Shown here: one piece after another, positions 10,085 through 20,052 of the stretch
Numbering within the stretch: position 1 is the first letter of the stretch
Layout of the letters: the number at the start of each line of letters is the position of its first letter
Origin: Chloropicon primus
Taxonomy: Eukaryota
DNA: 64,000 nt
Direction: 5' to 3'
Assembly (NCBI GenBank): GCA_023205875.1
Contig: CP060757.1
Coordinates: 1,116,001 to 1,180,000, forward strand
Notes under the pieces: generated by a model
What the model was told of the DNA's origin: nothing
The model's database searches: none
The model's input: only the letters and a program-made list of their open reading frames with translations
Program-made: the position numbers and the translations under genes

Positions 10085-10784
10085 CCCTCCCTCCCTGTCC
10101 CTCCCGTCCCTCCCTGTCCCTCCCTGTCCCTCCCTGTCCCTTGTTCTTATCCTTCTTCCACAAACAAACAAGCAAACAAACAAACAAGCAAAACAATGTG
10201 CTAACACGCAACAAAACGTACACAACATCATTCCCCTCTTTATCTTCTTATCCTTCCCCCAACAACAACATGTGCTGCTGCATGCATCTTCATCTTCCCG
10301 CCACCAATTGTATATGTATCACCACCTCTCCCCCCCCCACCCGCTGCTGCTGGATCATCTCCCTCACCGCGTCGCCGCTCACCTCCTTGTCCCGCACCAG
10401 CCTCGCCGCCAAGTCGTCCAGGACCCCCCTCATCTCCTCGCCCCCAAGCACCCTGAGGTTCTCCCGGTGGGCCTCCTCCAGCATCGAGCGGACCTCGTGC
10501 TCGCACCTCCACCGGGTGCGCTCGCTCGGGCCGCACATGCCGTTGGGGTTCCGGCCGCCCTCCAGGCCGCTCGTAACGTCCAGGAGCTCCTGCCTCTGCA
10601 CCTGGACCTGGGGGTCCGAGAACACGATGCCGCTGGTGAACAGGTCGCTCGGGAAGGTGTACGGCAGGACCTCCAGGCCGCCGACCATCCCGGCGTTGAG
10701 CATCTTGACGCAGATGTCCGAGGCCCGGGCCACGTCCAGGCTGCTGTACGTGGTGGGCTCCCCGAACGCGAGCTCCTCCGATAA

Positions 10785-10856
10785 GCGATAATGGTCTAGT
10801 GGTATGATTCTCGCTTTGGGTGCGAGAGGTCCGGGGTTCGATTCCCTGTTGTCCCC
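10785..10856 (+). tRNA. tRNA-Pro(UGG) copy 3, G2>C mismatch
   Basis: Same as copy 2. Confidence 0.8.
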
Positions 10857-10990
10857 TTGAAAACGGAACAAAACGATCGAAATGTGGAGCCGGGTAATCA
10901 CCCCCGGGGTCACCCCAGCAAAGCCTCAGCCGAGCGACGCGTCGAACTCAAAGACGCGGCTTTTTTTTTTTTTTGTCCCTCCCTCCCCCC

Positions 10991-11025
<35 letters not shown>

Positions 11026-11731
11026 CCCTCCCTCCCTCCCTGTCCCTCCCGTCCCTCCCTGTCCCTCCCTGTCCCTCCCTGTCCCTTGTTCTTATCCTTC
11101 TTCCACAAACAAACAAGCAAACAAACAAACAAGCAAAACAATGTGCTAACACGCAACAAAACGTACACAACATCATTCCCCTCTTTATCTTCTTATCCTT
11201 CCCCCAACAACAACATGTGCTGCTGCATGCATCTTCATCTTCCCGCCACCAATTGTATATGTATCACCACCTCTCCCCCCCCCCCACCCGCTGCTGCTGG
11301 ATCATCTCCCTCACCGCGTCGCCGCTCACCTCCTTGTCCCGCACCAGCCTCGCCGCCAAGTCGTCCAGGACCCCCCTCATCTCCTCGCCCCCAAGCACCC
11401 TGAGGTTCTCCCGGTGGGCCTCCTCCAGCATCGAGCGGACCTCGTGCTCGCACCTCCACCGGGTGCGCTCGCTCGGGCCGCACATGCCGTTGGGGTTCCG
11501 GCCGCCCTCCAGGCCGCTCGTAACGTCCAGGAGCTCCTGCCTCTGCACCTGGACCTGGGGGTCCGAGAACACGATGCCGCTGGTGAACAGGTCGCTCGGG
11601 AAGGTGTACGGCAGGACCTCCAGGCCGCCGACCATCCCGGCGTTGAGCATCTTGACGCAGATGTCCGAGGCCCGGGCCACGTCCAGGCTGCTGTACGTGG
11701 TGGGCTCCCCGAACGCGAGCTCCTCCGATAA

Positions 11732-11803
11732 GCGATAATGGTCTAGTGGTATGATTCTCGCTTTGGGTGCGAGAGGTCCGGGGTTCGATTCCCTGTTGTC
11801 CCC
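11732..11803 (+). tRNA. tRNA-Pro(UGG) copy 4, G2>C mismatch
   Basis: Same as copy 2. Confidence 0.8.
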
Positions 11804-11947
11804 TTGAAAACGGAACAAAACGATCGAAATGTGGAGCCGGGTAATCACCCCCGGGGTCACCCCAGCAAAGCCTCAGCCGAGCGACGCGTCGAACTCAAAG
11901 ACGCGGCTTTTTTTTTTCCCCTGTCCCTCCCTCCCTCCCTCCCTCCC

Positions 11948-11982
<35 letters not shown>

Positions 11983-12216
11983 CCCTCCCTCCCTGTCCCT
12001 CCCGTCCCTCCCTGTCCCTCCCTGTCCCTCCCTGTCCCTTGTTCTTATCCTTCTTCCACAAACAAACAAGCAAACAAACAAACAAGCAAAACAATGTGCT
12101 AACACGCAACAAAACGTACACAACATCATTCCCCTCTTTATCTTCTTATCCTTCCCCCAACAACAACATGTGCTGCTGCATGCATCTTCATCTTCCCGCC
12201 ACCAATTGTATATGTA

Positions 12217-15200
12217 TCACCACCTCTCCCCCCCCCCCACCCGCTGCTGCTGGATCATCTCCCTCACCGCGTCGCCGCTCACCTCCTTGTCCCGCACCAG
12301 CCTCGCCGCCAAGTCGTCCAGGACCCCCCTCATCTCCTCGCCCCCAAGCACCCTGAGGTTCTCCCGGTGGGCCTCCTCCAGCATCGAGCGGACCTCGTGC
12401 TCGCACCTCCACCGGGTGCGCTCGCTCGGGCCGCACATGCCGTTGGGGTTCCGGCCGCCCTCCAGGCCGCTCGTAACGTCCAGGAGCTCCTGCCTCTGCA
12501 CCTGGACCTGGGGGTCCGAGAACACGATGCCGCTGGTGAACAGGTCGCTCGGGAAGGTGTACGGCAGGACCTCCAGGCCGCCGACCATCCCGGCGTTGAG
12601 CATCTTGACGCAGATGTCCGAGGCCCGGGCCACGTCCAGGCTGCTGTACGTGGTGGGCTCCCCGAACGCGAGCTCCTCCGCGGCCCGGCCCGCGAGCTGG
12701 ACCCGGACCTGCCTCCTCAGGTCCTCCCCAGTCAGCATCTTGTAGCTCTTGTCGCTGCTGATGTAGTACGTGACGCGGGACCACGAGCGGTTCCGGGGCA
12801 CCAGGGACGCGGACTTCACAGCCTGCAGGCCGCTCGCCTCGCCCCCGCCCTCCAGCCTCAGCAGCTCGCTCACCAGGGCCACCCCGGCCTCGTGGTACGC
12901 GAAGACCTCATTCGAGGCGTAAGCGTCCGGAAGGGGGGGCAGGGAGCTCCCCTCCAGCACCCTGTCCAGGGCGCAGTACACCGAGTCCCGGCGGACGGTG
13001 GCCTCGCCCCTCCGGATGGCCTCCAGGGCCGCCTCGTTCAGGACCTTCTCCAGCTCCGCGCCGGACAGGCCAGGCGTGTCGCTCGCCAGCTGCCCGAGGT
13101 CCACCCCCCCGCCAGGCCCCTCCTCCATGGGGTGCTTCTGGGCGTGGACCCCCAGGATCGCCCTCCTCGCCTCCTGGTTGGGCCGGCGCACGCTGACCTT
13201 GCGGTCGAACCTCCCCGGCCTCAGCAGGGCCGGGTCGATGAGGTGGGGGGCGTTCGTCGCCGCCATCACCACGATCCCGGTGTCCGGGGTGAAGCCGTCC
13301 ATCTCCGTCAGCAGCTGGTTCAGGGCCTGGTCCCTCTCCTCGTTCTTGCTCTCCGAGTCGTTCATCTCCCTCTTGTGCCCGAGGGCCTCGATCTCGTCGA
13401 TGAAGATGAGGCAAGGGACGTTGACCCGGGCGCGCTTGAACAGGTCCCGGACCCTCGCCGCGCCCACGCCCACGATCAGCTCCGTGAACTCCGAGCCGGC
13501 CAGGGAGTAGAAGGGGACGCCGGCCTCCCCAGCGATCGCCTTGGCGATCAGGGTCTTCCCCACCCCCGGGGGGCCCATAAGCAGGATGCCCTTGGGGGGC
13601 CGCACCCTCAGGGCCTGGTACTTGTACGGGTCCTTGAGCAGGTCGATCACCTCCTCCAGCTCGTCGCGGAGGTAGTCTATCCCAGCCACCTGGCTCAGGG
13701 ACACCCCCGTCTTCCCCTCCATCCTCGTGTCCGCCCTGGAGCGCCCAAAGTCGATGGCCTCGTTCATGTCCTCAAAGGCCCCGGCCCTCCGGTCCTTGGC
13801 CTTGGCCTTCATGGTCAGGTTGTAGAAGAACCTGCCCAGGAAGGACGTCAGGACGATGGCCCCGAGGGCGAACCACCTCCACTGCAGGACCCCCAGGACG
13901 ACGTCCTTGGTGGGCGGGGTGACGTAGTACGACACGCTCACCGGGGAGGACTTCCCCGCCCGATCCGCCCGGTCCGCGGCCCCGCCCTCCAGCGCCTGCT
14001 GCTGCAGCTGCTCGAAGACCTGGAGGTACCCGTGGCCCTCGAGAGTCTTCTCCTCGACCGTGCCGGCGTCCGGCATGTCGACCCACTTCTGCGTCCCGTC
14101 CGCCGCGGTCACCACCGCCCGCACCCCGAACGCGGTCCTCGGCCACCTCTGCCCCCCGTCCAGGTACATCTCCACCCTCCACGGCGCTGCGCCCGCGTCG
14201 TAGAACGGGGAGGCCTCGTTCCTCTTCCTCAGGCCGTGGAAGAACTCCATGTAGGGCATCCTGGGCATCTTCCTCCACTTTGCTGTTTTCATGAAGGCCC
14301 TGGTGTCCCACACGACCTCCGGGTGGATGAACTGGAAGCGCTCGTCCTGGTACGCCCGGTTCACGTTGAACTCCTCGATCTCCTGGTCCCTCGTCTTCCT
14401 GTCCCCGGAGGACCTCCCCCCCCTCGTCTCGTCCGCGTCAAAGTCCACCTTCTTCGCGCTCCCGCTGGCCGACTTGGCCGGGAGGTCCCACTGCTGCAGC
14501 ACGACGTCGTTCAGCGTGGGCCCGACCGCCTTGATCCTCCTCACGTCGTAGTCGCTGAAGCGGGCGTTGGGGAGAACCTTCCCCCCGCGCTTCCCGCCCA
14601 CCATGAGCGTGAAGTCCTTTGGGTCGGACGACAGGGCCGGGTTGTACCGCCTCTGCCACCTCGACTGGAGCTGCGAGAGCCCCATCCTGCGCTCGCGGAG
14701 CCTGGCCAGGAGCTTCGACGAGTCGACCCTCTCGGAGGGGTCCCCCAAGTCGAAGGCGAGCCGGGACTTGGCCTCCTCCAGCGAGCTGTCAAGGATCACC
14801 TCCCTCGTCTTCCCGCTCGACGACCTCCACAGCACCTGGAGCTGGTCGTCGCTCAGCATGTCCAGCCAGAAGCCGAACCTGTCGCTGTCTACGCTCGCGC
14901 CCCTCTCCACGAGATTCTGGATCTCGGACGCGACCTCCTCCGCCTCCCCCCGAAAGCGGTGCACGAGCTGCAGCTCCACGAACTGGCGCATCTCCCAAGG
15001 TGGGAGCGCTTTTTGGAGCTGCTCGATCCTGTTCGGGTGCAAGTTCTGCAGAGCCTCCACCAGGGCCTCCGCGTCCCTGGTCTTCAGCCTCTGGAGCTCG
15101 TTGATCTGGGACTTCGTCAGGGGGCTCGGCCTCGCCCAGTGGCCCGCGCCCCTCGCCCGCGCGGACACCTCCCTCCGCCCGCGCAACCTCATCCCAAACC

Positions 15201-15300
15201 ACCCGTCATTCCGAGAAGAGGAGGAACAGTGCCTGCACGCTCTCCCCAGCCCCCGTCCTCCCCGCGACGGAGTCGGCCTTCGGGTCAGTTCCGTCCTCAT
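12217..15300 (-). CDS. Plastid FtsH-family AAA protein, probably protease-inactive (FtsHi1/ARC1-like)
   Basis: Walker [28 protein letters not shown], one TM segment, [17 protein letters not shown]. The zinc motif is HEAGV instead of HExxH. Confidence 0.85.
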   Translation of the reverse strand: MRTELTRRPTPSRGGRGLGRACRHCSSSSRNDGWFGMRLRGRREVSARARGAGHWARPSPLTKSQINELQRLKTRDAEALVEALQNLHPNRIEQLQKALPPWEMRQFVELQLVHRFRGEAEEVASEIQNLVERGASVDSDRFGFWLDMLSDDQLQVLWRSSSGKTREVILDSSLEEAKSRLAFDLGDPSERVDSSKLLARLRERRMGLSQLQSRWQRRYNPALSSDPKDFTLMVGGKRGGKVLPNARFSDYDVRRIKAVGPTLNDVVLQQWDLPAKSASGSAKKVDFDADETRGGRSSGDRKTRDQEIEEFNVNRAYQDERFQFIHPEVVWDTRAFMKTAKWRKMPRMPYMEFFHGLRKRNEASPFYDAGAAPWRVEMYLDGGQRWPRTAFGVRAVVTAADGTQKWVDMPDAGTVEEKTLEGHGYLQVFEQLQQQALEGGAADRADRAGKSSPVSVSYYVTPPTKDVVLGVLQWRWFALGAIVLTSFLGRFFYNLTMKAKAKDRRAGAFEDMNEAIDFGRSRADTRMEGKTGVSLSQVAGIDYLRDELEEVIDLLKDPYKYQALRVRPPKGILLMGPPGVGKTLIAKAIAGEAGVPFYSLAGSEFTELIVGVGAARVRDLFKRARVNVPCLIFIDEIEALGHKREMNDSESKNEERDQALNQLLTEMDGFTPDTGIVVMAATNAPHLIDPALLRPGRFDRKVSVRRPNQEARRAILGVHAQKHPMEEGPGGGVDLGQLASDTPGLSGAELEKVLNEAALEAIRRGEATVRRDSVYCALDRVLEGSSLPPLPDAYASNEVFAYHEAGVALVSELLRLEGGGEASGLQAVKSASLVPRNRSWSRVTYYISSDKSYKMLTGEDLRRQVRVQLAGRAAEELAFGEPTTYSSLDVARASDICVKMLNAGMVGGLEVLPYTFPSDLFTSGIVFSDPQVQVQRQELLDVTSGLEGGRNPNGMCGPSERTRWRCEHEVRSMLEEAHRENLRVLGGEEMRGVLDDLAARLVRDKEVSGDAVREMIQQQRVGGGERW

Positions 15301-15626
15301 CCTTCAAACAGTTTTCAACCCCACGCCCTCTCCTCTCCCCCTCTCTCTCCTCGTGGTCCCGGCCGCCTCTCCCTTTTTGCTTATCCAAAAAGCAACCACG
15401 CACACACCCCTCTAGTGTCAGAGAGCCCCCTTCAGATCGGCGATCGCGGCGGCGAGGGAGCTCCCGCGGGGAGTGATCGGGGAGAGGGTTGCCTTGAGGG
15501 GTCCGCATGGAAGGTCGCAGCAGATCGATCGATCGCGACCGACGGACGGTGCTGCGGGTGCGTGCGACGGTGCGAGAGACTTGAGGTAGGACTCGTGGTT
15601 GAGACTTGGAGAGGACGGGGTTCGGG

Positions 15627-16730
15627 ATGGCCGCCGCGGGCTGCTCGCTGAAGCGGTGCGGCCTGGAGGAGAAGACGGTTTTCCTTTTGGAGTCCAAGAA
15701 GATCCGGAGCTCGTACGACGTGCTTCGCCTCACGCCCATAGACCTGGTCCAGCTGCTCGACGTCCCCCTGGCCGCGGCGAGGGACATCATACGAACGGTC
15801 AGCTCCCGCCTGGCGAGGAAGGCGGAGAGGACGACCGCGCTTCACATGAAGGAGGCCGAGCTGAAGGATCCGAGGAGCGTGAAGACGGGCTTCGAGACTT
15901 TGGACAAGGCCCTGAAGGGCGGGCTGAGGGCGGGCACGGTGACCGAGCTCGTGGGTCCCCCCGGGTCCTGCAAGAGCCAGTTCTGCATCCAGGTGGCTCT
16001 CTTCGCCACCCTCCCCCGGAACCTGGGCGGCTTGGACGGGAAGGTGCTCTACTTTGACGCGGAGAACCACTTCAGGGCCGAGCGGCTCGTCCAGATGGCG
16101 CAGGCTCGGTTCCCCGAACGTTACTTGACCCTTCCGCTCCTGAAGAAGCTCCTTCGCAGGGTTCTGGTCGCCCCCCTGCCGACGCTGTCGCACCTGGAGA
16201 GCCTCCTGCCGAACCTGGAGAAAGCTATCTTGGAGCACGACGTCCGCGGAATCGTCATCGACAACATCGCTCTGCTCGCCAAGACGGAGTACCCCCCCGC
16301 GGAGACCGTGAAGAGGCAGGGGGTCTTGGGTGAGGTGGCGTCCCACTTGAAGAGGGTGGCGTGCGCCTACAGGATTCCTGTCGTGATCGTGAACCAGGCC
16401 ACGTCGGTGAGGGAGGGCAGTTACGGCGCCAACGGGAGCGACATCGGGGTCATGAGGGTGAAGGCAAGACAAGGCATGGATGACTGCAGCGCGGCTCTCG
16501 GGCCAAAGTGGGCCCATTACATCAACACGAGGATCTCGCTGGTTTACAAGGGGGCGGAGGGCGCGGGCGTTCTGAACTTGGTCAAGTCTCCCTTCGCGCC
16601 AGAAATGACTCTCGCTTTCACGTCCGCCAAGGGGGGGTTGTACGAGGTCGGCGATGAGTTCGACGGGCGAGCCGTGGAGGGACGAGGAGCAGAGCTGGAG
16701 CGGCACAGGGGCGTCCTGCAGTACTTGTAA
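15627..16730 (+). CDS. RAD51B: RAD51 paralog B
   Basis: TGFETLDKALKGG, TELVGPPGSCKSQFC, VIDNIA, VVIVNQ, AALGPKWAH, VKSPFAP. Confidence 0.8.
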   Translation: MAAAGCSLKRCGLEEKTVFLLESKKIRSSYDVLRLTPIDLVQLLDVPLAAARDIIRTVSSRLARKAERTTALHMKEAELKDPRSVKTGFETLDKALKGGLRAGTVTELVGPPGSCKSQFCIQVALFATLPRNLGGLDGKVLYFDAENHFRAERLVQMAQARFPERYLTLPLLKKLLRRVLVAPLPTLSHLESLLPNLEKAILEHDVRGIVIDNIALLAKTEYPPAETVKRQGVLGEVASHLKRVACAYRIPVVIVNQATSVREGSYGANGSDIGVMRVKARQGMDDCSAALGPKWAHYINTRISLVYKGAEGAGVLNLVKSPFAPEMTLAFTSAKGGLYEVGDEFDGRAVEGRGAELERHRGVLQYL

Positions 16731-16875
16731 CAACAGCAGAACCACAATCATCTCTTGTAATCATAAGCGTGCGTGCGGTAGAGATCCAAACCTTTCCTCT
16801 CGTTCCCCTCCAGGCATTATTTTTTCATCAGCGAGATCAGGCTCAATTTGCAGGTGGAGGAGCTTGTATTCAACC

Positions 16876-18071
16876 ATGGCGTGTTTGCGGCCGCGCGCTT
16901 GCAGCTTGGGCCCTCGCGGGTTGGGGGCGGAGCTCCTGCGCCTCTGCAGGAGGAGCGAACCGCAGTCGAAGCACCACTGCCTCGCTGCTTGCACTACTGG
17001 GGGGCGCGGCATTGCCTCCACGCCAGCAGGGCTCGATCGGGTCTCTCCTCGCGGTGGGGCTTGGCGGCCTCTCCCTCCTGGGGGCGTCGGGGGACGGCGG
17101 GACTTCCCCCTGGCGAGCGCGGCGAGCTCCAGCTACCGGGAGGCTGGGGGCGAGAGCGACGGGAAGGGCCCTGGGTCGGAGAAGAGGAAGAAGAAGGGGG
17201 GGAGGAAGCGCTTGGACGAGCTCTGCAGGGAGGCCTTTCCCCAGCACAGCAGGAGCCTCCTGCAGTCTTGGATCATGCAAGGGAAGGTGACGGTGGATGG
17301 GAAGACGGTGACGAAATCAGGCTTCCTCGTTTCCAGCTCGAGCAAGGTCGTGATAAAGGCGAGCGAGCCAAAGTACGTATGCAGGGCCGGCCTGAAGATG
17401 GAGGCCGCGCTCGAAGCCTTCGACGTGGATGTGGCAGGCAAGACGGTCTTGGACTCTGGCCTGTCGACGGGCGGATTCACAGACTGCCTCCTACAGAACG
17501 GAGCCGCGAGGGTGTACGGGGTCGACGTGGGCTACGGCCAGGTCGCGGAGAAGATAAGAGTCGACGAGAGGGTGGTCGTGATGGAGAGGGTGAACCTGAG
17601 GTACCTCGCCGAGAGCGACCTCCCCGAAAAGGTGCAGATCGTCAGCCTGGACCTGTCTTTCATTTCTGTGCTCAAGGTGAGTGGGACTGCAGAGAAGTCG
17701 AGCAGCGACGGGGACGAGGGCCTCAGACACTGGGAGCGCTGGGCCAATAATCATGTCGTTTCCTGACACTTTCTCTTCCCCGCGCCCCCCCCTCTCTCTC
17801 CTTGTGGCAGGTGATGGACGCGATCACGCAAGTTCTCGAGCCGGGGGGAGACCTCATCACCCTCATCAAACCCCAGTTCGAGGCGAAGCGGGAAGAGATC
17901 TCAAGGGGCGGACTCGTAAGGAGCGAAGAGACCCACCGCCGGGTCACCAAACACATCACGGAAGGCATCGTCGACCGGGGCTTTGAATTCAAGCAGCTTA
18001 TCGAGTCGCCTATCACCGGCGCACAGTCAGGGAACAAGGAGTTCCTGGCGCACTTTAAGAAGCTGCTGTAA
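16876..18071 (+). CDS. TlyA/YqxC-like rRNA methyltransferase (S4 + FtsJ); exons 16876-17676, 17811-18071
   Basis: KRLD..., YVCRAGLK, LDSGLSTGGFTDCLLQ, DLSFIS, LIKPQFE, GNKEF. GTGAGT...CAG intron with a CTGAC branch site. Confidence 0.9.
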
Positions 18072-18284
18072 CACTACATTATTATTCCTGCCTCGCCGTC
18101 CGGGATTGGACCCCTGTCCCTGTCCCTGTCCCTGTGAGTCCCCTTGGCCAAAAAAACAATTCACCATGCAAAATGCCACACGCAAAGAGTAAAGAGAGGA
18201 GGGTTTCGGAGGAGGGAGAGAATCGAAACGAAAGCGCGACTGCTTTGACGGAAACAGACGGTGGACCTTTGAAAGCGAGACAAG

Positions 18285-18800
18285 ATGCTGTCGAACCTCT
18301 ACAGCGGTACTAGCACCTTTGCCAAGGTAAGGAAGGCGGGGACTCCGGGGCGGCGCGGAAGAGCGGGAGGGGGCTTTGGGTTTTTCTTTGGGTTTTCGTG
18401 GTTTCCTCAGGGTCGCCGGGCTCGGCAGTGACGAGCGGAGTCGACCGCGCGCGAGGCGGGGCTTCGTGGAGTGGCGGGGGAGCCCTGTACCTTGTCTTGT
18501 CCGCGCCGCGGACGTGTGCTTTTGTGCCACACCGAGAAGGATCGCACAAACAAAGTACTGACTCCTTTTTTTTTCTCTGTTGTGTCTACACCAGTTTGCA
18601 AGAATTTCGGCAGTGGCAGCGGGGTTTACCTATGGCGTGACCAAGCTCGGGGTGTTGAAGGTACGACGCGGAATTTGGCGCACAAGCGTCGCGGACGTTC
18701 GTGGGATCGGACGACTGACTCAAACTCTCTCTCATTTTGTTTCGATTTTTGTTTGGTTCCTCAGGCGACGACCCCAAAGGCCGAGCCTAAGAAGCACTAG
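18285..18800 (+). CDS. Mitochondrial ATP synthase subunit e (47 aa); exons 18285-18326, 18595-18660, 18765-18800
   Basis: Spliced product MLSNLYSGTSTFAKFARISAVAAGFTYGVTKLGVLKATTPKAEPKKH matches the plant subunit e pattern YSGTST..AR.SA...G..YG..KL..LK. Both introns are phase-0 GT-AG with CTGAC branch sites. Confidence 0.88.
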
Positions 18801-19273
18801 GGCGAGCAGGCTCTATAATGTATCTTCAAACGTCCCTATTTTAATGGACTGGATTATTTTTTCATCGACCTTCCGCTTAAACTCTGTCGGTCGCTCCACT
18901 CGCGACGTTACGGAGACTCCGCCATCCACGGCGTGGAGAGTACCGCTTTTTTTGGCAACGAAAGGTGCGAGAGAGAGGAGGCGCGCGCGTGGGTGTGCGT
19001 GCTTCTTCGCCTTTCCGGGGGGTCGGGGGCACAGCTCGAGACCTCGCCGTCGGCCAAGTCCCTCAGAACCCCCCGGGTTCTCACCGGCGGAAGCGTGCCC
19101 GCGTCGGGGGAAGAAGCTGCGGAAACCACAAAATGATGTTTGAACGTTTATACAGGAAGTGTCTTACTCTCCCGGCACGGTGAAGCTGAGCTGGGCTGAG
19201 CCGTCGGTGGCACTCCATCTGGCGCTCTCTTTCCTCTCCACCCCAAAAACCCAAACATCGCCAAGTCGTTCGT

Positions 19274-19747
19274 TTACATGTTTGGATTCTGAGGCAAGCC
19301 AAGGCTGGAGGCCAAGTTCTTCATCCTGTCCTTCATCGCCGTGACGCTCTTCTCGTGGGCATCCTTGTAGGCCTCCGTGATCAGCCCTCCCAAGGCGTCC
19401 GCCCCCTGGCTGTACGCAGCCTGGGTGATGTCGCAACCCTTCGCCTCCTGGTTCCCGGAGAGCACTACGCGGACGGTCTCGTCGCTCGAGAAGCCCTCGA
19501 ACTCTGCCTCCTGCATCTCCTTCTGCACCTTCACCGCCTCCACCTGCATGACCTCCTGCGCTTGCTTCAGCTGCTTCATGAAGTTCCCCATGTTCCCGAA
19601 GGGGTTCCCGCCCCCCTCCTGTCCCGCTCGGACGACGTGCGAGCCTCGCCTGCTCGCCTCCACCCGGACCCACCTCGCAAACCCACTCGTCCTCCTTCCC
19701 TGGCTCGTTGAGCACCCCGCGCTCCTCCTCAGCACCACCCTATTCAT
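19274..19747 (-). CDS. YbaB/EbfC family protein, plastid-targeted
   Basis: FGNMGNFMKQLKQAQ..VQKEMQEAEFEG..ETVRVVLSGNQ..ITEAYKDAHEKSV. Confidence 0.9.
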   Translation of the reverse strand: MNRVVLRRSAGCSTSQGRRTSGFARWVRVEASRRGSHVVRAGQEGGGNPFGNMGNFMKQLKQAQEVMQVEAVKVQKEMQEAEFEGFSSDETVRVVLSGNQEAKGCDITQAAYSQGADALGGLITEAYKDAHEKSVTAMKDRMKNLASSLGLPQNPNM

Positions 19748-20052
19748 CCTCTCCACAATCCCCTCTCTCCCTCTCTTCCTCGACCTACAACCGACGACGA
19801 CGACGACGCGATCAATCGCTCTCCTCTTCTGGATAAGAAAGCGGCCGCAGAAACCGGGACGTTTTAAAGGTGTACAATCTGGGGCTGGGAGAGAGAGAGA
19901 GAGAGGTGCCTTCGCTCTCTCAGGCGCGCTCGTTGTTTCCTGCCGGGAGTTTGCCGACCGCGAAAGGGGGGAGAGCCGCTGGCTGGTCGTCAAGACTTTA
20001 GTCTCTTCTTTGGGAGAGAGAGAGCGAAGAGAGAGCGCAGAGAGAGAGAAAG

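Larger units (their letters stand above)
9342..11727 (-). pseudogene. Three promoterless duplicated 3' fragments of the FtsHi gene
   Basis: Each encodes [13 protein letters not shown]...QQQRVGG, identical to the C-terminus of 12217..15300, and is truncated at the junction. Confidence 0.85.
8899..12680. repeat. Tandem array of four ~940-950 bp units (tRNA-Pro + trailer + (CCCTGT)n/(AAAC)n + FtsHi 3' UTR and last ~155 codons)
   Basis: Near-identical blocks with tRNA starts at 8897, 9837, 10785 and 11732 (periods 940, 948, 947). The differences I can see are in homopolymer and microsatellite lengths. Confidence 0.97.

Noticed and set aside
8899..12680. CRISPR array, SINE or integrated element
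   Set aside because: The inter-repeat sequence is identical host FtsHi DNA, not unique spacers. I see no cas, integrase or RT gene, no target-site duplication and no dispersed copy in the window.
19130..19200. ATGATG...CTGA, possible C/D snoRNA, or a small spliced minus-strand ORF in 18880-19220
   Set aside because: The C box is imperfect, with no terminal stem and no rRNA-antisense guide that I recognise. The spliced peptide resembles nothing I know.
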